A stretch of DNA of 64,000 nt from Carcharhinus longimanus (GCA_030264375.1 JASCQW010000043.1:60412789-60476788), one strand, 5' to 3'. Positions 1 to 13,239 are shown, counted from the first letter of the stretch. The notes: a model not told the origin generated them from the sequence alone. Translations and numbers: made by a program.

Positions 1-176
1 CCATCAGTGGTGGTGGAGGCAAATTCAGTAGGGTCTTTTAAGACCCTATGTACTGGATGAATACATGGGACTTAATAGGATTGAGGGTTATAGGTAAGCC
101 TAGTAGGTAGAGACATGATCAGTGCAACTTGTGGGCTGAAGGGCCTGACTGTGATGTAGTTTTTCTATGATTCTAA
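1..176 (+). mobile_element. CR1 LINE 3' end fragment
   Basis: 'gtggtggtggaggcaaattca...tttaaga...ggatgaatacatgg...gtgggctgaagggcctg...ttctatgattct' has the typical CR1 ORF2 end and 3' tail pattern. Confidence 0.7.
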
Positions 177-339
177 GTGGAACTTGGTAGCCACCTGACA
201 ACTAAAGAGGACCACACTACTCAACACCACCGCACCCCCCCCCCCCACTCCTCCCCAGTATAAGGATGAGGCTACTGCTCCTCATACCCCTTCCTGCAGG
301 CCACAGCTGGCAGAGATCTCAGCAACGCAATCATGTTAA

Positions 340-990
340 ATTCAGGAAAAAAAAGGTGACACTGGTCACTACTGGCTCTGGAAACGTGTCCATCCACATG
401 AACAACGCCACAGTCAATAAACCTGGAACACAAATTGCTCTTGGTAGAAAGCTGGCTAGGTAGAGCATCCAGATTGCCATCCTCACCAAGACCCATCTAC
501 TTCGGGTCAGCTCAGGAAAATTGGTGCAGGTTATACATTCTTTTACAATGGCTGGGGAAAAGAAGAATGAGATGAAGCTGACATAGGCTTTGCTGTCATG
601 ATCCATCTCATCCGTAAGCTGCCTCGTCTTCCCAGAGATATTGATGATCCTCCAATAGTGCTCATCTGGCACAGCAACAGACAAGCAACATGCAGCAGTG
701 CATATGCCCCTACTGTGACCAATCCTGATGAACTCAAGAACAAAAAATTATGATGACCTCCACTCCTTGATTGCTATTGTGCCAAAATCAGACAAGCAAA
801 CCTTTCTTGATGATTTCAATGTGAGAAGAGGTCATTTGGAAAAATTAGGGTTAACAGTTGTAACAGCAATAATCTCCTCTTGCTGAAGTTGCATGCTGAA
901 CGTGGCCTCTTAATCACCAATCGTTTTCCACCTCCCTAATCACAACAAGATGTCCTGGATGCATCCTCAGTCTACGCATTGTGTTACAGA
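340..990 (+). mobile_element. RTE-clade LINE, degenerate AP-endonuclease region
   Basis: Frameshifted translations give APE-like motifs resembling 'TGSGNV', 'LARxSIQIAIL', 'GYTF', 'IGFAV', 'SAYAPTVTNPDE', 'DDLHSLIAIVPKSDK', 'DFNVR'. Confidence 0.7.
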
Positions 991-1172
991 CAGGATAGGG
1001 AATTAACTTAAACAGCCTGGATTTCTTCACTCACTACCTGTCTATAAACAGAAAGGAGTTTTTTAATAAGTAATGATGTGATAGAGAGCTGAAGGGTGAA
1101 TGATAGAAGTGTGGTGCATTGAACACTGTTGGAAGATACTGGTACAGTTGAGGATATTGCATTTTAGAATGC

Positions 1173-2023
1173 ATTCACTGATTTCTATGCAATCGCTACA
1201 TATGACACCGGAATCAGGCACTCAGGAATTGACTTCTGGCATTGACTGCAATCTTGTGCCACTGTCATTTGAACATTTACCCAAATGGTCTTCTGGTCTT
1301 CTGGCCTCCTGTGGACACAGCAGTTTTGTCATCCGGTATGCATGGGCAGCACGGTGGCGCAGTGGTTAGCACTGCTGCTTCACAGCTCCAGGGTCCTGGG
1401 TTTGATTCCCAGCTCGGGTCACTGTCTGTGTGGAGTNNNNNNNNNNNNNNNNNNNNNNNNNNNNNNNNNNNNNNNNNNNNNNNNNNNNNNNNNNNNNNNN
1501 NNNNNNNNNNNNNNNNNNNNNNNNNNNNNNNNNNNNGGGGTAGGGTCTGGGTGGGATTGTGTTCAGTGCAGACTTGATGGGCCAAAGGGCCTCTTTCTGC
1601 ACTGTAGGGTTCTATGATCTATCCTTTGTACTTCCTCCAACAAAGACGCTAATGAAATCCTTGGAGTACATGTTTGTCATACTGGGACATTCTTCAAACA
1701 TTTTTCATGTTAGAATAACTTCTATAAGGGCCTCCACTACCTGCTCCAGCCTCCATACACCTCTCCATGAAAAAGTACCAACTGGATATAATTCGTGCTA
1801 ACTCCTCACAATTTGGACACCCCATTCAATTATGCTAACCACTGCGCCACCATGCTGCCCATGCATACCGGATGACAGAACTGCTGTGTCCACAGGAGGC
1901 CAGAAGACCATTTGGGTAAATATTCAAATGACAGTGGCACAAGATTGCAGTCAATGCCAGAAGGCAATTCCTGAGTGCCTGATTCCGGTGTCATATGTAG
2001 CGATCGCATAGAAATCAGTGAAT
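1173..2023. repeat. Inverted repeat pair, arms 1173-1371 and 1833-2023
   Basis: Arms are reverse complements apart from a few substitutions and an 8-nt indel. Confidence 0.95.
1344..1620 (+). mobile_element. tRNA-derived V-SINE (HE1-like), partly in an N gap
   Basis: Pol III A/B box head 'gggcagcacggtggcgcagtggttagcactgctgc...gggtttgattccc', body 'tctgtgtggagt', CR1-like tail 'gatgggccaaagggcctc...ttctatgat'. Confidence 0.8.
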
Positions 2024-2789
2024 CATAGCATGGTTAACATTGGCTCCACAGTGAGTGAGGATTTTTCAGTGTGGTTGGTTGAAGAGGTTCACAGTTGTTT
2101 GTCCTGTTCACAAACACCAGAAATGCCCTATAGAGTGCATCACGCTGGAGCAGCCATCTGGCAATGGCAATATTTGCTCAAAAAATGCCTGGAAAGTTAC
2201 AAACGTAGCAAATGGCAGTTCTGTTCCTTTGCTGGTGATCTTCAGATCTGAGCTATTATTTGTTTTTTTTTAAAAAGGCTAAGTCATATTTTGGAAAAGA
2301 GAGTTTTGTTAACAAAGTGATTGATGAAGCATTTTGTAAATTTGAAGCTGCAACTATTGTATCAACTGCTCAAATGTTATTCATTGCTTCAATAAGCAAA
2401 AGCCCACACGCCTAATGGTTCAATAATGTCAGATTCTGTAATATCATGTCACAATCATGTAGGAAACTCGTGGATCACAAAATGAAGGACAATATTTTTG
2501 CAACACCAAGGAGATGTATGCATTTCTTTGTTGCAACAAGCTGAAGTTGTAAATAGTCCCAACAATATAGTGGAAGAGGCACTTCTATTACATATTTACA
2601 TCATTCTCAAATTGGTGGTTCTTTGGTTGAAAGTAAAATTAAGGGACCATCTAGTCTCATCTATCGGTAGGTAGAATTTTGCCAAGAAATTGTCAAAAAA
2701 AGGTTTGCAGTTTAGTGACCAGCATCAATCCCACAATGGTTGAGGGAGAGAAGAATGCGCCCAAGACTAGTATTTCAAACTTAAAGAAG

Positions 2790-4200
2790 GGCACTTAAGA
2801 GGGCATTGAAGCAGAGCTGGCTAAAGTGAACTGGCAAACGTAGTCAAGGAATAGGTTATTAGATTCAGTGCAGACATACAGAATAGATCCCTTCCAAGGG
2901 GTGGGCCCATCATTGTGCTTGGCTAAAAAAGTTAAAGGCGATATTAAACATAAACAGAAAGCATATGATTGCTCAAAGATGGACAGCAAGTCAGAAGTCT
3001 GGAAAGAACATAGAGAACAGCAAAGAATGATAAGAAGATTGATAAGGAGTGAAAATATTGAGGTACATTTGGGGTGTTGGTAATATAAAGACACATTGTA
3101 AGAATTTCTATAGATATTTAAATAAGAAAAGGGTTAACAAAGTGAGTGTTATCCTATAGGAAGTGTCTGGGGAATTGATAACAGAAAGATAACAATATCA
3201 ATTGAACAGTATTTTGTAACAGTTTTCACTGTAGAAGACATGAGTAACATCCCAGAATAGCTGTAAATCGAGAAATAGAAGGGAGGAGGAACTTGGGAAA
3301 ATTAGAATCACCAGGGAAATGATATTGAGCAAATTGTTAGGTCAACTGGCTGACAGATTCTCAGATCCAGATGGACTTCATCCTAAGGTCTTAGCTGATG
3401 CATTGGTTTTAATTTGGCAAAATTACCTAGATTTGGGAAAGGTCCTAAAGATTGGAAAAATAACAAATGTAATGCCTTTATTCAAAAAGGGAGGGGGACA
3501 GGAAACTGCAGACCATTTAATCTATCTGTCATAGGAAAAATGTTAGGAACCATTGTTAAATCTGTGATAGCAGGGCACTTAGAAAACTTCAAGGTAATTT
3601 GTCAGCATCAACATAGTTTTGTGAAAGAAAAATAATGCTTAACTAATTTATTGGAATTTGAAGAAGTTACATGTGCTGTGGTTCTACTGTACTTAGATTT
3701 CCAGAAGACTTTGTTAAAGTGCAATATCAAAGATTATTATGAAAAATAAATGTTCATGATGTAGGGGATAACATATTGGCATGGATAGAAGATTGGCTAG
3801 CTAACAGGAAAAGAGTTGTAATAAATGGGTCTTTTTGGCCTGGTGTGATGAGTGGTGTGCCACAGGGATCTCAATTTTTCACAATTTAGATAAATGACAT
3901 GGATGAAGCAGCTGAAGGTGTGGTTGCTAAATTTGCTGATGACACAAAAATAGGTGGGAAAGTCCATTGTGAAGAAGGCATAAGAAGGTTACAACGGGGC
4001 ACAGGTTAAATGAGTGGGCAAAGATCTGGCAAATGGAGTGCAATGTGGGCAAATGTGAAATTCTCCATTTTGGCAGAAAGAATAAAAAAGATGCTTATGA
4101 TCTAAATGGTGAGAGATTTCAGAGGTCTGAGGCACACAGGGATCTGGATGTCCCAGTGCATGAATCTCAAAGGTTGTTATACAGCAAGTAATTAGAAAAG
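2790..4200 (+). mobile_element. CR1 LINE ORF2 (RT) remnant
   Basis: Broken frames with 'DPDGLHPKVL', 'PKDWK', 'NVMPLFKKG', 'GNCRP', 'YLDFQK', 'SGVPQGS', 'KFADDTKIG'. Confidence 0.9.
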
Positions 4201-5595
4201 TTGTTGTTCCAAACTCTCTTACTCACACCTTTTCACTCGCACTGTTCTCAATCTCTCCAGTGCCTGTCCACTTGCATTGTTTGCAGTCTCCCCACTGCCT
4301 CACCACTTATGCTGTTTCCAGTCTCCCAACTGTGTCTCTGCTGCTGACTCCCTTGTTGTTAGGAGTGGAAGGCAATGGCTGATCAGTTGAACATATTGGT
4401 CCTTCCTGTCAGAGACTGCCTATGGCACCCATTGACTGCTCCAACTTAGTTGAGCTTATTACTCATAGCAGGTATCCTCTGTGCTGTGTTAATGCCCTGC
4501 AGCAAAACTGGCGTGTCCTCTCGAGTTCAGGCTTGGGCAAAGTTTATGGAGACCCTGGGCTGCCCAAATGTCAGGGTCCCTCTATTGACCTTTCATGATG
4601 TGTCCCAAGGACTGAAAACACTGGGACTCTGTAGCCTCCCTGTGGCATTTTTCTCAGCGGTGGGATCATCTAGTCCAGTTGTAGTCAATGGGAATTCCCA
4701 ATGAAGCCACCCCACTCTGCCGGGAAATCTGGGGGTGTGTTGTCGGCAGGCAAGAAGATCCTGCAGGAGAACCAGTTTCTGTGAGTTGCTACAAGGATGC
4801 ACAGCTGAGGACTTGTTGATAGGCTGTGTACCCTTGGAAAGACTGGCTCTTTTTTTGCATTGCTGCTACCAATGGTGTAAGCTGAAAATGAGAAACAGCT
4901 AGCATACAAAAGTGAAAAGCATGCTGTCTTCACCCACACACAAGACACATCAATCTGTTGAACGCATTTTTTTAGCATTGACCAACAACGGTAAATATTT
5001 TCTAAGTTTTGTAAATTGAGACACTCTGCCTTCCCAACAAATCTTCACACTAAAAGCCAAAAATGATCATAACTTAAATCATTCAAATTTCAAAAAATAA
5101 TCTTTATTTAATCATCTTAAATGTATGTATGTATACTGCATTATCATCTCATTCATGACTGTCACTTTCAGATCAGAATAAATATTGGATATTTTTTATT
5201 AAGTAATGTAATATAACAAAAAATAATCTCAGCTGAATTAAATAAGAATTAAATGTTATAAGAATTATAGGATGTTTAAGATAATTATTTGAGAAGATTT
5301 TATTTTAACACATTTTTCTTCCTAATACAAAACATTTAAATGGACATTGCCACTTAGGAACAACATGTTTGACCAGTTATATGTGACATTACAAAATGAC
5401 AAACTATTATGTCTGGGTATACACTGTTACAAAATGGGTTTCTAGCTATAACTAACTCTTCTAAAAAGCCAAGTTGGGGAATAATGATTAAAGCATAGTT
5501 ATTTTGTAAAACAGGTAAATACGATTATAAAATAATTTTAAAGCTGGTCTTGTGAAATAAGCTTTACATGAAGATTTTTACTTGTTGTTTTACAG

Positions 5596-6280
5596 CTGCT
5601 GTAAATTCATTCAAAGAGTGGAGACAAAAAACAGAAAAGCAGGGATTGCACAGTGCGGCTAATCTGCAAACAGACTCATTACAACAGGCCAGCCCAGAAG
5701 AAATTGCACCTGATAAAACAAATGAGGTAAAAAAGACTGAGAAAACCAAAAAAGCAGCTGTCAAACAAACCAGTGCAACAGTAAACAAATTTGAAACTGT
5801 AGCTCTGCATGAAGATAGAACCTCCATAACCCAAGCTACTGAAGTGACACGAATCCCTAAGGCTATTGAAAAAAGGTTCACCCCGTTGGGAACGCAGGAA
5901 GAATTAAAAGTTCCTAGTAAATCAGCGATTACGAAACCTATTGAAGCCGATGCCAGCGACCTGGATATCTCCGATGAAGAAGAAAAGAAGTACTTTGACG
6001 ATAGCACAGAGGAGAGATTTTACAATCAGTCATCAAGTGACGACAGTGAGGAAGATGATTTCTTTATTGGAAAGGTGAAAAGAATCAATAAAAAGAAGCA
6101 GGAATCTGATCCAACTTTTGAAAGCAGCACTGTGAAAAAAGATAAAAAGAGTATAGCAAGTAAAACAAATAAAGGAAAGAATGATCCCATGGGTTCTGGC
6201 GAAAAAAGCAGCACAAAAACAACATTTGATTCTTTATTTTGTAATAGTTTGTCTGGTTCAAAGGCTTCAAAGCAGAAGAG
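5596..6280 (+). CDS. SRFBP1: SRFBP1 (serum response factor-binding protein 1, BUD22 family), large internal exon
   Basis: Acceptor ttttacag|5596, donor 6280|gtaaga. Encodes '[11 protein letters not shown]' and '[27 protein letters not shown]', both SRFBP1-like. Upstream exons were not found in the window. Confidence 0.93.
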
Positions 6281-6411
6281 GTAAGAACCAGGTTTAATTT
6301 TGGTTTCTAATTTGTTTTTGAATTAAATTGTTCTAAATAATACAAAAAATAAATACTGTTTCTCAACAGCAAGCTAAATTAAGCTTCAAATCTTTTTCTT
6401 TGTTTTCTCAG

Positions 6412-6446
6412 CAACTTTCAAGGAAATATTAAGAACAAGAAATCAG
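6412..6446 (+). CDS. SRFBP1: SRFBP1 penultimate 35-nt exon
   Basis: Polypyrimidine tract + cag|6412, donor 6446|gtcagt. Phase 2 in and phase 1 out joins the flanking exons in frame (SNFQGNIKNKKS). Confidence 0.8.
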
Positions 6447-6829
6447 GTCAGTGATACTTTTCTTTTAATTGGCTTTTCCACGATCATTTTGACCAGTGAC
6501 CAATATCTTCTAAATATGCATGAGCCCTAATTTTGGAACTGAATTTCAAGTGGTTCAAGCTCCCCTGTGGTTGCACTAAGGTGTATTGCACCATGAAAAT
6601 TTTGTAACCAAGTAGTGAACACCCACCCAGCATGATGGAATGAGTGGTTAGGTGCACTTGTTAGAGGTGCCATAAATTGATGGGATATTGATTTGCCCTA
6701 TGTCTTTGTTGGGAAGATGCCAAGCTGGGGAGAGAGAGTTGGATTTGTGAGTAAATGGCCACTCTTGTGCACCTACAGATTTGACTGGGAAAATTCACAA
6801 AAAAGGAAAGTTAGTAGAAATACAGGAGT

Positions 6830-7020
6830 CATAGACAATCGTGAGAAATAGGAGCAAGTGTAGGCCATATGGCCCCTCCATTCAGTAAAATCATGGCTAA
6901 ACTTCTACATCAACTCCACTTTCCTGCTCTGTCTCCCAGTCACTTGATATCCTTAGAGACAAGATATATATTGATTTCAGTCTTGACTATATTAGTCAAC
7001 TGATCATCCCCAACCATCTT
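6830..7020 (-). mobile_element. CR1 LINE 3' tail fragment
   Basis: 'gaaataggagcaagtgtaggccatatggccc...ccattcagtaaaatcatggct' is the reverse complement of the CR1 tail type seen elsewhere in the window. Confidence 0.7.
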
Positions 7021-7364
7021 CATAAAAGAATAAACTAGGTCAATTAGCCCAATGTGTCTGGCTTTTCTAACAGATCATGTCAAGGACTGCTCTCAATTTG
7101 TTAAATTTTCTGATGAGGTAAATAGTCACAGATTTCTAAAATATGAAAACTAAAACTTTCCTTGCCCTTGAGGGTAAATGAAGAAAAATGTCATACTATC
7201 CACCTACACTGATTGATGCCTGAAGAGTTTTGATCCTTGAAAAGATTCCTATGAGCAGGACAGGGTGATATGTGGGGCATACAAGACATTGAAATGCTAG
7301 ATTGCACTAGACAAAACATAAAATTATATGCTTTGGGAATTTTTTTCTTCCCCTCATTTTTTAA

Positions 7365-7610
7365 ACATGTTATTTTATCCTTTGATGGGATGTAGGCATC
7401 ACTGACAAGGCCAATGATTTGTTAGCCATCCCAAATTGCCCTTGAAGTGAGTGGCTTGTGTGGGCCATTTCACGGGCAGTTAAGTGTCAGTCATAATGTT
7501 GTGGATCCGGAGTCCCATCTAGGTCAGACCAGATAAGGATGGCAGGCATCCTTCCCTAAAGAGCATTAGAGAACCAGGTGGGTTTTAATGACAGTTAACA
7601 ATTGTTTTAT
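7365..7610 (-). mobile_element. SINE fragment (same family as 37220-37550)
   Basis: Reverse complement matches 'ctggttcact..ctttagggaagga..ctgccat.ctta..tggtctggcctacatg.gactcc' and the tail of the 37220 copy. Confidence 0.7.
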
Positions 7611-8388
7611 TAGTGCAAGGAAATTCAATGCCTTCTCACTTCTGTCTTGATCATTCAATGTTGCAAGACAGTGCAGAATAAGAATCCATCTACTCTGTCT
7701 CCATCATGTGATTTAATAAAGAAAACATTCCTGTTGTACAAGTGTAAATTTATAATGCTTCAGTCTTTGTAATCTGCTGATAACCATATGAAGTTGTGGT
7801 CATTAAGACCTAGGATGAAATTAAGCAGCCCATTCCATATAAAACCTTTATCTCTGGCAAACAAAACAAATTTTCATTCCATCAGTTTCTGTCTGGATGC
7901 TAACCCATATTTTAGAACTGCAATAGTATGTTAACTCACTGCACTATCCTGGACCTGGGAAGATATTTTATGAAGAACGGATTGAACCACACTGTGGCTA
8001 TCAAAACTTGCAGACACTTTTAAAACAAAAAAAACATTCAAATTGTTATCTTTGAAATGTTCCCATTATTTTCTTCTGCAATTAAGTTAAGAGTTTAGTA
8101 AGTAGTATAAAGTTAGTTAATTTTGTAATTAATTAACTTCTCTCATTTTTTTTACTTCAGATGCTGTGTAGAGGATCAAATTTTCCCTAATGATAAAATG
8201 AGTGCTTAATTGTATAAGGCCAGTAAAATATAAAGATTGATACTTTTCAAAAGATGTAATACAAAGGGAGGATGGCATGTTGAGCTAAAATCTCTAGTAT
8301 GATATAGTTGTATAATTACATTGCACTGTAAATGAACTCTAATTGCTTGTAAATCATAATTCTTACATTGTTACTTTTGCTTGTGCAG

Positions 8389-8561
8389 ATGTTATACAAA
8401 ACAAAAGCTTGTCCTTTTGTGAGAGATCTTGTGGGAGGCCTGGTGGTGTAATTCCAAAGCCACAGCAATCACTTCATCCCTCCTGGGAAGCGAGCAGAAA
8501 GCGGAAACAGCAGACCCAAATCCTTGCATTCCAGGGGAAAAAGATCAGATTTGATGATTAG
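8389..8561 (+). CDS. SRFBP1: SRFBP1 last coding exon
   Basis: Acceptor ttgtgcag|8389, in phase. Encodes the conserved C-terminus '[25 protein letters not shown]'. Confidence 0.93.
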
Positions 8562-8854
8562 TTTTTTTAAACATTTTATTACATTATTTCGTATTCAAGA
8601 CCATTCTGTATAATGACAGTTATCACACAGACATCAAACATCTGTCCCTGTGTTTTTATGCCAAAAGCAATTGTAGAACTTATTTTAATGCAGCATATTT
8701 ATCAGAGAGTTTCCAGATTTTTCTTGCAGTTTTCCTTCTGGAAGACCAAACATTTAAAATTCATATTATTATACAATACATGATTTATTAAATAATTATG
8801 TAATATGAGATTGTTTTTTGATACATTTTTCAGACAAAATATTCAAAATATTCG

Positions 8855-8860
8855 AATAAA
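8855..8860 (+). terminator. Candidate SRFBP1 polyadenylation signal
   Basis: First AATAAA about 300 nt after the stop, followed by GT-rich sequence. Confidence 0.5.
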
Positions 8861-9854
8861 GCAAATGTTGAAGTTTGGTGACAGAATTAAATTAGGTCAT
8901 TACTTGAAGTATTTATAATTCAGTAAATGTTCTCATTCAATGTTTTGATAATTTCAAATTTGTAATGGTTAGTGTTGTAAAAAATAATTTCTTACTTTTC
9001 CTTTTGTTTGTTCCCACAACAGCAAGATCCTTTAACCTTGTGTATTTAAAGGCAACTTTTCGCTAGCTTTCAATGAGTAATGTTAGTAAGAAAAGTGGTT
9101 AATGCAAATTAGACTGTGTTTATTGGGATCCTCTGAATAAGATCTGGCAATAAATGGTAAATTTGTTGCAAATATCTTACTCTGTCTGCTCAGAAAAAGT
9201 TAATAATTGATTATAAGCCCAGAACAAAAGCTATGGATATTGTCTGGAAATTCTTGAGGAGGATTTTTATTTTTCAAATGTTGATTAACCTTTACTCTGC
9301 TAACGACTCCAGAGAATTTCAGATTGCCTTTGCCAGCAATGAACTAATTTGGGTGAAATGATGATTTATTGATTCTTGTGCAGTATCTATATTCTGGAAC
9401 ACCATTACCATACACAGCATAAAACCACCATAAGTCCTACTGTTCATCATGATCAAGTCAACAGAATCTTGTAGCTATGCTATGTTTCCTTTTTGGTGTT
9501 TTGATTCGCAATTGAGGTGTTACCACTGTTTCTGACAATAGAGTTTTGAATGATAACAGAATTTTGAATAATAAAGCACAACATAGCAGTGCAATAAGAT
9601 TATTTTGCCATAGTTAACATAATTACATTACACGTTTCTCTTAGCTCTTCTGAGGAAACATGAATATGGGGATCACAAAGCATTGTGCACCCAAGTCCAT
9701 TGCTTCCTTTCCAGACAGAGCAGAAACCTCATAAAATTATATCAGTGTGCTGCCCAATGTTAGACATGCTGTTGAGTGACTGGATACCTCAAAAGGGAGA
9801 CAAAACTCCTGTGCGGTTAGCAACATTTAAAGTTACCCTACACTACCTACACCT

Positions 9855-11900
9855 AAACTGCACCTTTTAAAGCAGCAGATGCTGAGAGTATTTGAGGAAG
9901 ACTGGTGGTGCAAGAGATGCAGAAAGCATGCTGTAAGGCCCTCAGATGTTGCACTGGAAGCCTTGGTGCAAGAGGTGGCAAGGAAGAACAACGTCTTCTA
10001 TATACAAGAGGCCCTACAGACAAACATGGCAAGGCAGTGGGACCAGGCACCCACTGTTGTCAGTGTCAACATTCCCACCCCTAAGACCTGAATGCAGTGT
10101 TGCAAAATGTTCAGTCATCTCACACAAGTGGTCAGCGAATGCATCGTCAAATGCCAGCTGAACCAGCAACCTCAGAAACTGCGCAATGCACCATACCACT
10201 GATTACTATCAATCATGACAATTATTGTTCATAGCTTCANNNNNNNNNNNNNNNNNNCACCTCACTCTCATACTTAGAACCACTGTAAGCTTGACATTAC
10301 ATCTGGAAGCTTGCATTGCAAGCCCCCAGCTAGTGAACTATGGCAGCCATGTCACCCAAATGTCTTGTACCATATTGACTGATACACTTCCCTGTCTTGC
10401 AGGACGTAATGGTGTGTAACGAGAGGCAGAAGTAGCTGACTGGCAGGGGATAGGTAGCTTCTTACTTTTATGGAAGAGATTATGCTTACCATTACTAGAG
10501 CAGCCGTGATCAAGGCTGTGACCAGTAACAGGGCTAAAACTATTAAAAACGATAGTAAGATAAAACCTAATCCTCCTACTCAAATTTTATCTTCCCCCTC
10601 ATTGCTTAATCTCTTTTGATCAACAAATATTCACCTCCAATCATGACAACCCTACTCTTCGTCGTTCTTCTTTTAGATTCCAAGGACCACAAGCTGGCCA
10701 GGCAGTGATAGAGAAGCAATTGAAAAATCAGAAGGACAGTGAAGAAGAAGAAACATGGTCACTCACTCTCACACTCGCAACAACCAGCTCAGATATTAAC
10801 ACACTACATAGATTACCAACCAAAACTAGACCAGGAGAGACTAGGCACAGATGGGCTACAACTCGGTCAGGGAATTAGGATCATACAGGTGACAATTCAT
10901 AGGAAATCAGGATTGCACACCAATTATGCTGCAATGGATTAAGCTGAGTACATCCATAGAGTGACATACAGAAGAAGGCTAATGAATGTGTACAGAGAAA
11001 TCTATGTGCATTGGCAGGTCTGCTGGAAAGTATTGATGTCGATGTTAGGAGCAATTAATCATTTGGCAGTACAGAATTTGAGTATTGTTGAAAACAGACA
11101 TGTTGAAGCTTTACGTCTGGCACTTATCAGGACATGTTGCAAGAATACCAGTATATCCTTATACCCTTAATTTTTGCAGAGCTTAATATGTTAATTGGGT
11201 TTGGAATATTTATTTGGTGATGGATTTTCTTTTAGCATTGTGGCCAAGTGTAAATGGGAATTCTGGCTGCAGTCCTGAGTGCTTTGACAAATACTTTTTC
11301 AACAATACTCAAGTTCGAAGCAATGTCAAATCTGGCATCAACTTTGTACCAGACTTTGTGCAGAACTTGGAAACCATGCTTTTCAGTTTGGAAACAGTGA
11401 TCATTTACATGAAGACACTTAAAGATCCACTCACGTTGCAGCATCTGATGGCTGATGTCTCAGCTTCCATTGGAACACAAACAGAAGTTACTCAAAGTTA
11501 GGATATTGCACTGGAAGCTCAGCTTTCTGTCGTGCAAGCTCTTACAGTTCTAATCAAAGCTCTGCCTGCTGCTATCATAGCTGTGGATACCGATGTGCAA
11601 AGTGGCTTTTTTGGTGTTGCAGCAGTTCAGTAATCTATCTTGTAATATATTGCTAAGACACCACTCTGTGGGAATGGCAGTGGCATCATGGAGCATGAGC
11701 CTGCTGTCGTTGTCTTCCCACCAGTGCCACTCCTCCCATTCCATGTTGTTGCCTGTTGTGAGATGGTGCGATCTGAAGCTTGGCTTTCCAGACCCAGAGC
11801 CAGTTGGTCATCTTGCAAGGTCATCTGCAGCTTCTCCCACTGAAATCAGCAGCCTTCCAGCAGCCATGCTCAGACTTTGAGATAGTACTTTGTGGCAAAA
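9855..11900 (+). mobile_element. Degenerate PIF/Harbinger-like transposon remnant (Myb/SANT-like accessory ORF)
   Basis: 'RKHAVRPSDVALEALVQEVARKNNVFY..RQWDQ..VSV..PKT*MQCCKMFSHL' resembles the Harbinger Myb/SANT-like DNA-binding domain. Interrupted by stops; downstream extent is tentative. Confidence 0.6.
11074..11317. mobile_element. Penelope-like fold-back insertion (family A) with a degenerate hammerhead motif and an internal 107-bp duplication
   Basis: Inverted ends 11074-11110 and 11281-11317. Minus strand reads tgtc-CTGATAA-gtgccagac-GTAA-agct-tc. Confidence 0.6.
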
Positions 11901-13239
11901 CAGCGACGGCCAAAAGCAAATGAAACACAGGTGTAAAAGGAATTCGCAAGAGTGATTGATTTTTGCGGAGCTTCATATGTTAATTTGGTTTGGAATATTT
12001 ATTTGGTGGTGGCTTTTCTTTTAGCATTGTGGCCAAGTGTAAATGGGAATTCTGGCTGCAGTCCTAGTAACACAGTCAGTTCAGCCAGAAAGGGCACATG
12101 CTTGTTGCTGCCCCCTCCTCCACTTTTTCAGCTGTTTGCTGCATACTTGGTGGCAAAGGCTGTTCCCATGTGATGACTAGATTGTGCAACATTCAGCAGA
12201 CCAAGATGAACTTTAACATATTCTGAACTTAATACATCAGGTCTCCTCAGAGCTATCCAGGCAGCTGTTGCTGATCTAATGAAAGCATTGTTTAAGCAAT
12301 GCCCTGTTCCATCTCATTTTGTACAGCAACCTGGCCTTTGTTTTATAAATATGTACTTTCCACGTGTGCATGGGTTGCGCACTGAAGCTTTGGGCTAAAC
12401 AAGTACCAAGGTTTCATAGCCCTTGTCACCCAGAGGCTACTGCCTAGTTTGTTGTTGTGCCTGAAATGTAGATGGTACAATAGACTGCCACAGATTGAAG
12501 TAATCATGACCAATGTTCCCTCGGAGGTCCATGCATGTACAGAAACACTGCTACCCAGAAGGCAAGCTGCTCACCAGTTGTCCTGTTTTAAGATAATACA
12601 CATATGTGGCTGCAATGTAAGGAACCATGCATTGAAATTAACAGGCTACTTTAAAAAGTGGGAACATTGATCACGACTGTTGTTAGATTGATGTTCTACA
12701 CCCTATGTTAAGGGAGTGCAATCTGCTTCCATTGTGCTGCATGTCAGAATTAATATAAGGGATGCAGAAAACGTGTGTGCAGTTAATGGCACCCTGCACC
12801 ATGGGGAGTCCTGCGATCGTCGCAAAGTTTCACGCTTGTTCCACCTGCTTCTGTGGTGCCTGCAGCATCACTTCAATGAGTAATTTCTTGTTCTCCCCCA
12901 CTCCCTGCACACCACACAACTCATGATGGAAAAACACACATGGCCAATTGCAGGAAATGTATCTGGCTACAGATGAGCTGAACACATAGCCTACCCCACA
13001 CAGACCAGCATTGCAATTTTACATTGTTGGCCTACATTGACCTTTCCCTAACTTGAAGAAAGCTAATGACCACAAACTTCAGTAACAGATTTTCAACAGC
13101 TGTGTTTATTTCACTGTTGCTACCCCTCAATTTAAGCAAGGCAGGTTCAGGATTACTTGTATAAATTGGAACAGTTCCCCAAAATAAATATGTTAGTCTG
13201 TATAATAAAATTAATTGCACAACAGTACTACAGAGAATG

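Noticed and set aside
1344-1415. tRNA-like A/B boxes here and near 29600, 37220 and 58670
   Set aside because: These are SINE heads followed by SINE bodies; no full cloverleaf.
5564-6270. Antisense ORFs over the SRFBP1 exon, and the ATG at 5568 as a start
   Set aside because: Shadows of the exon; the ATG lies upstream of the splice acceptor, in the intron.
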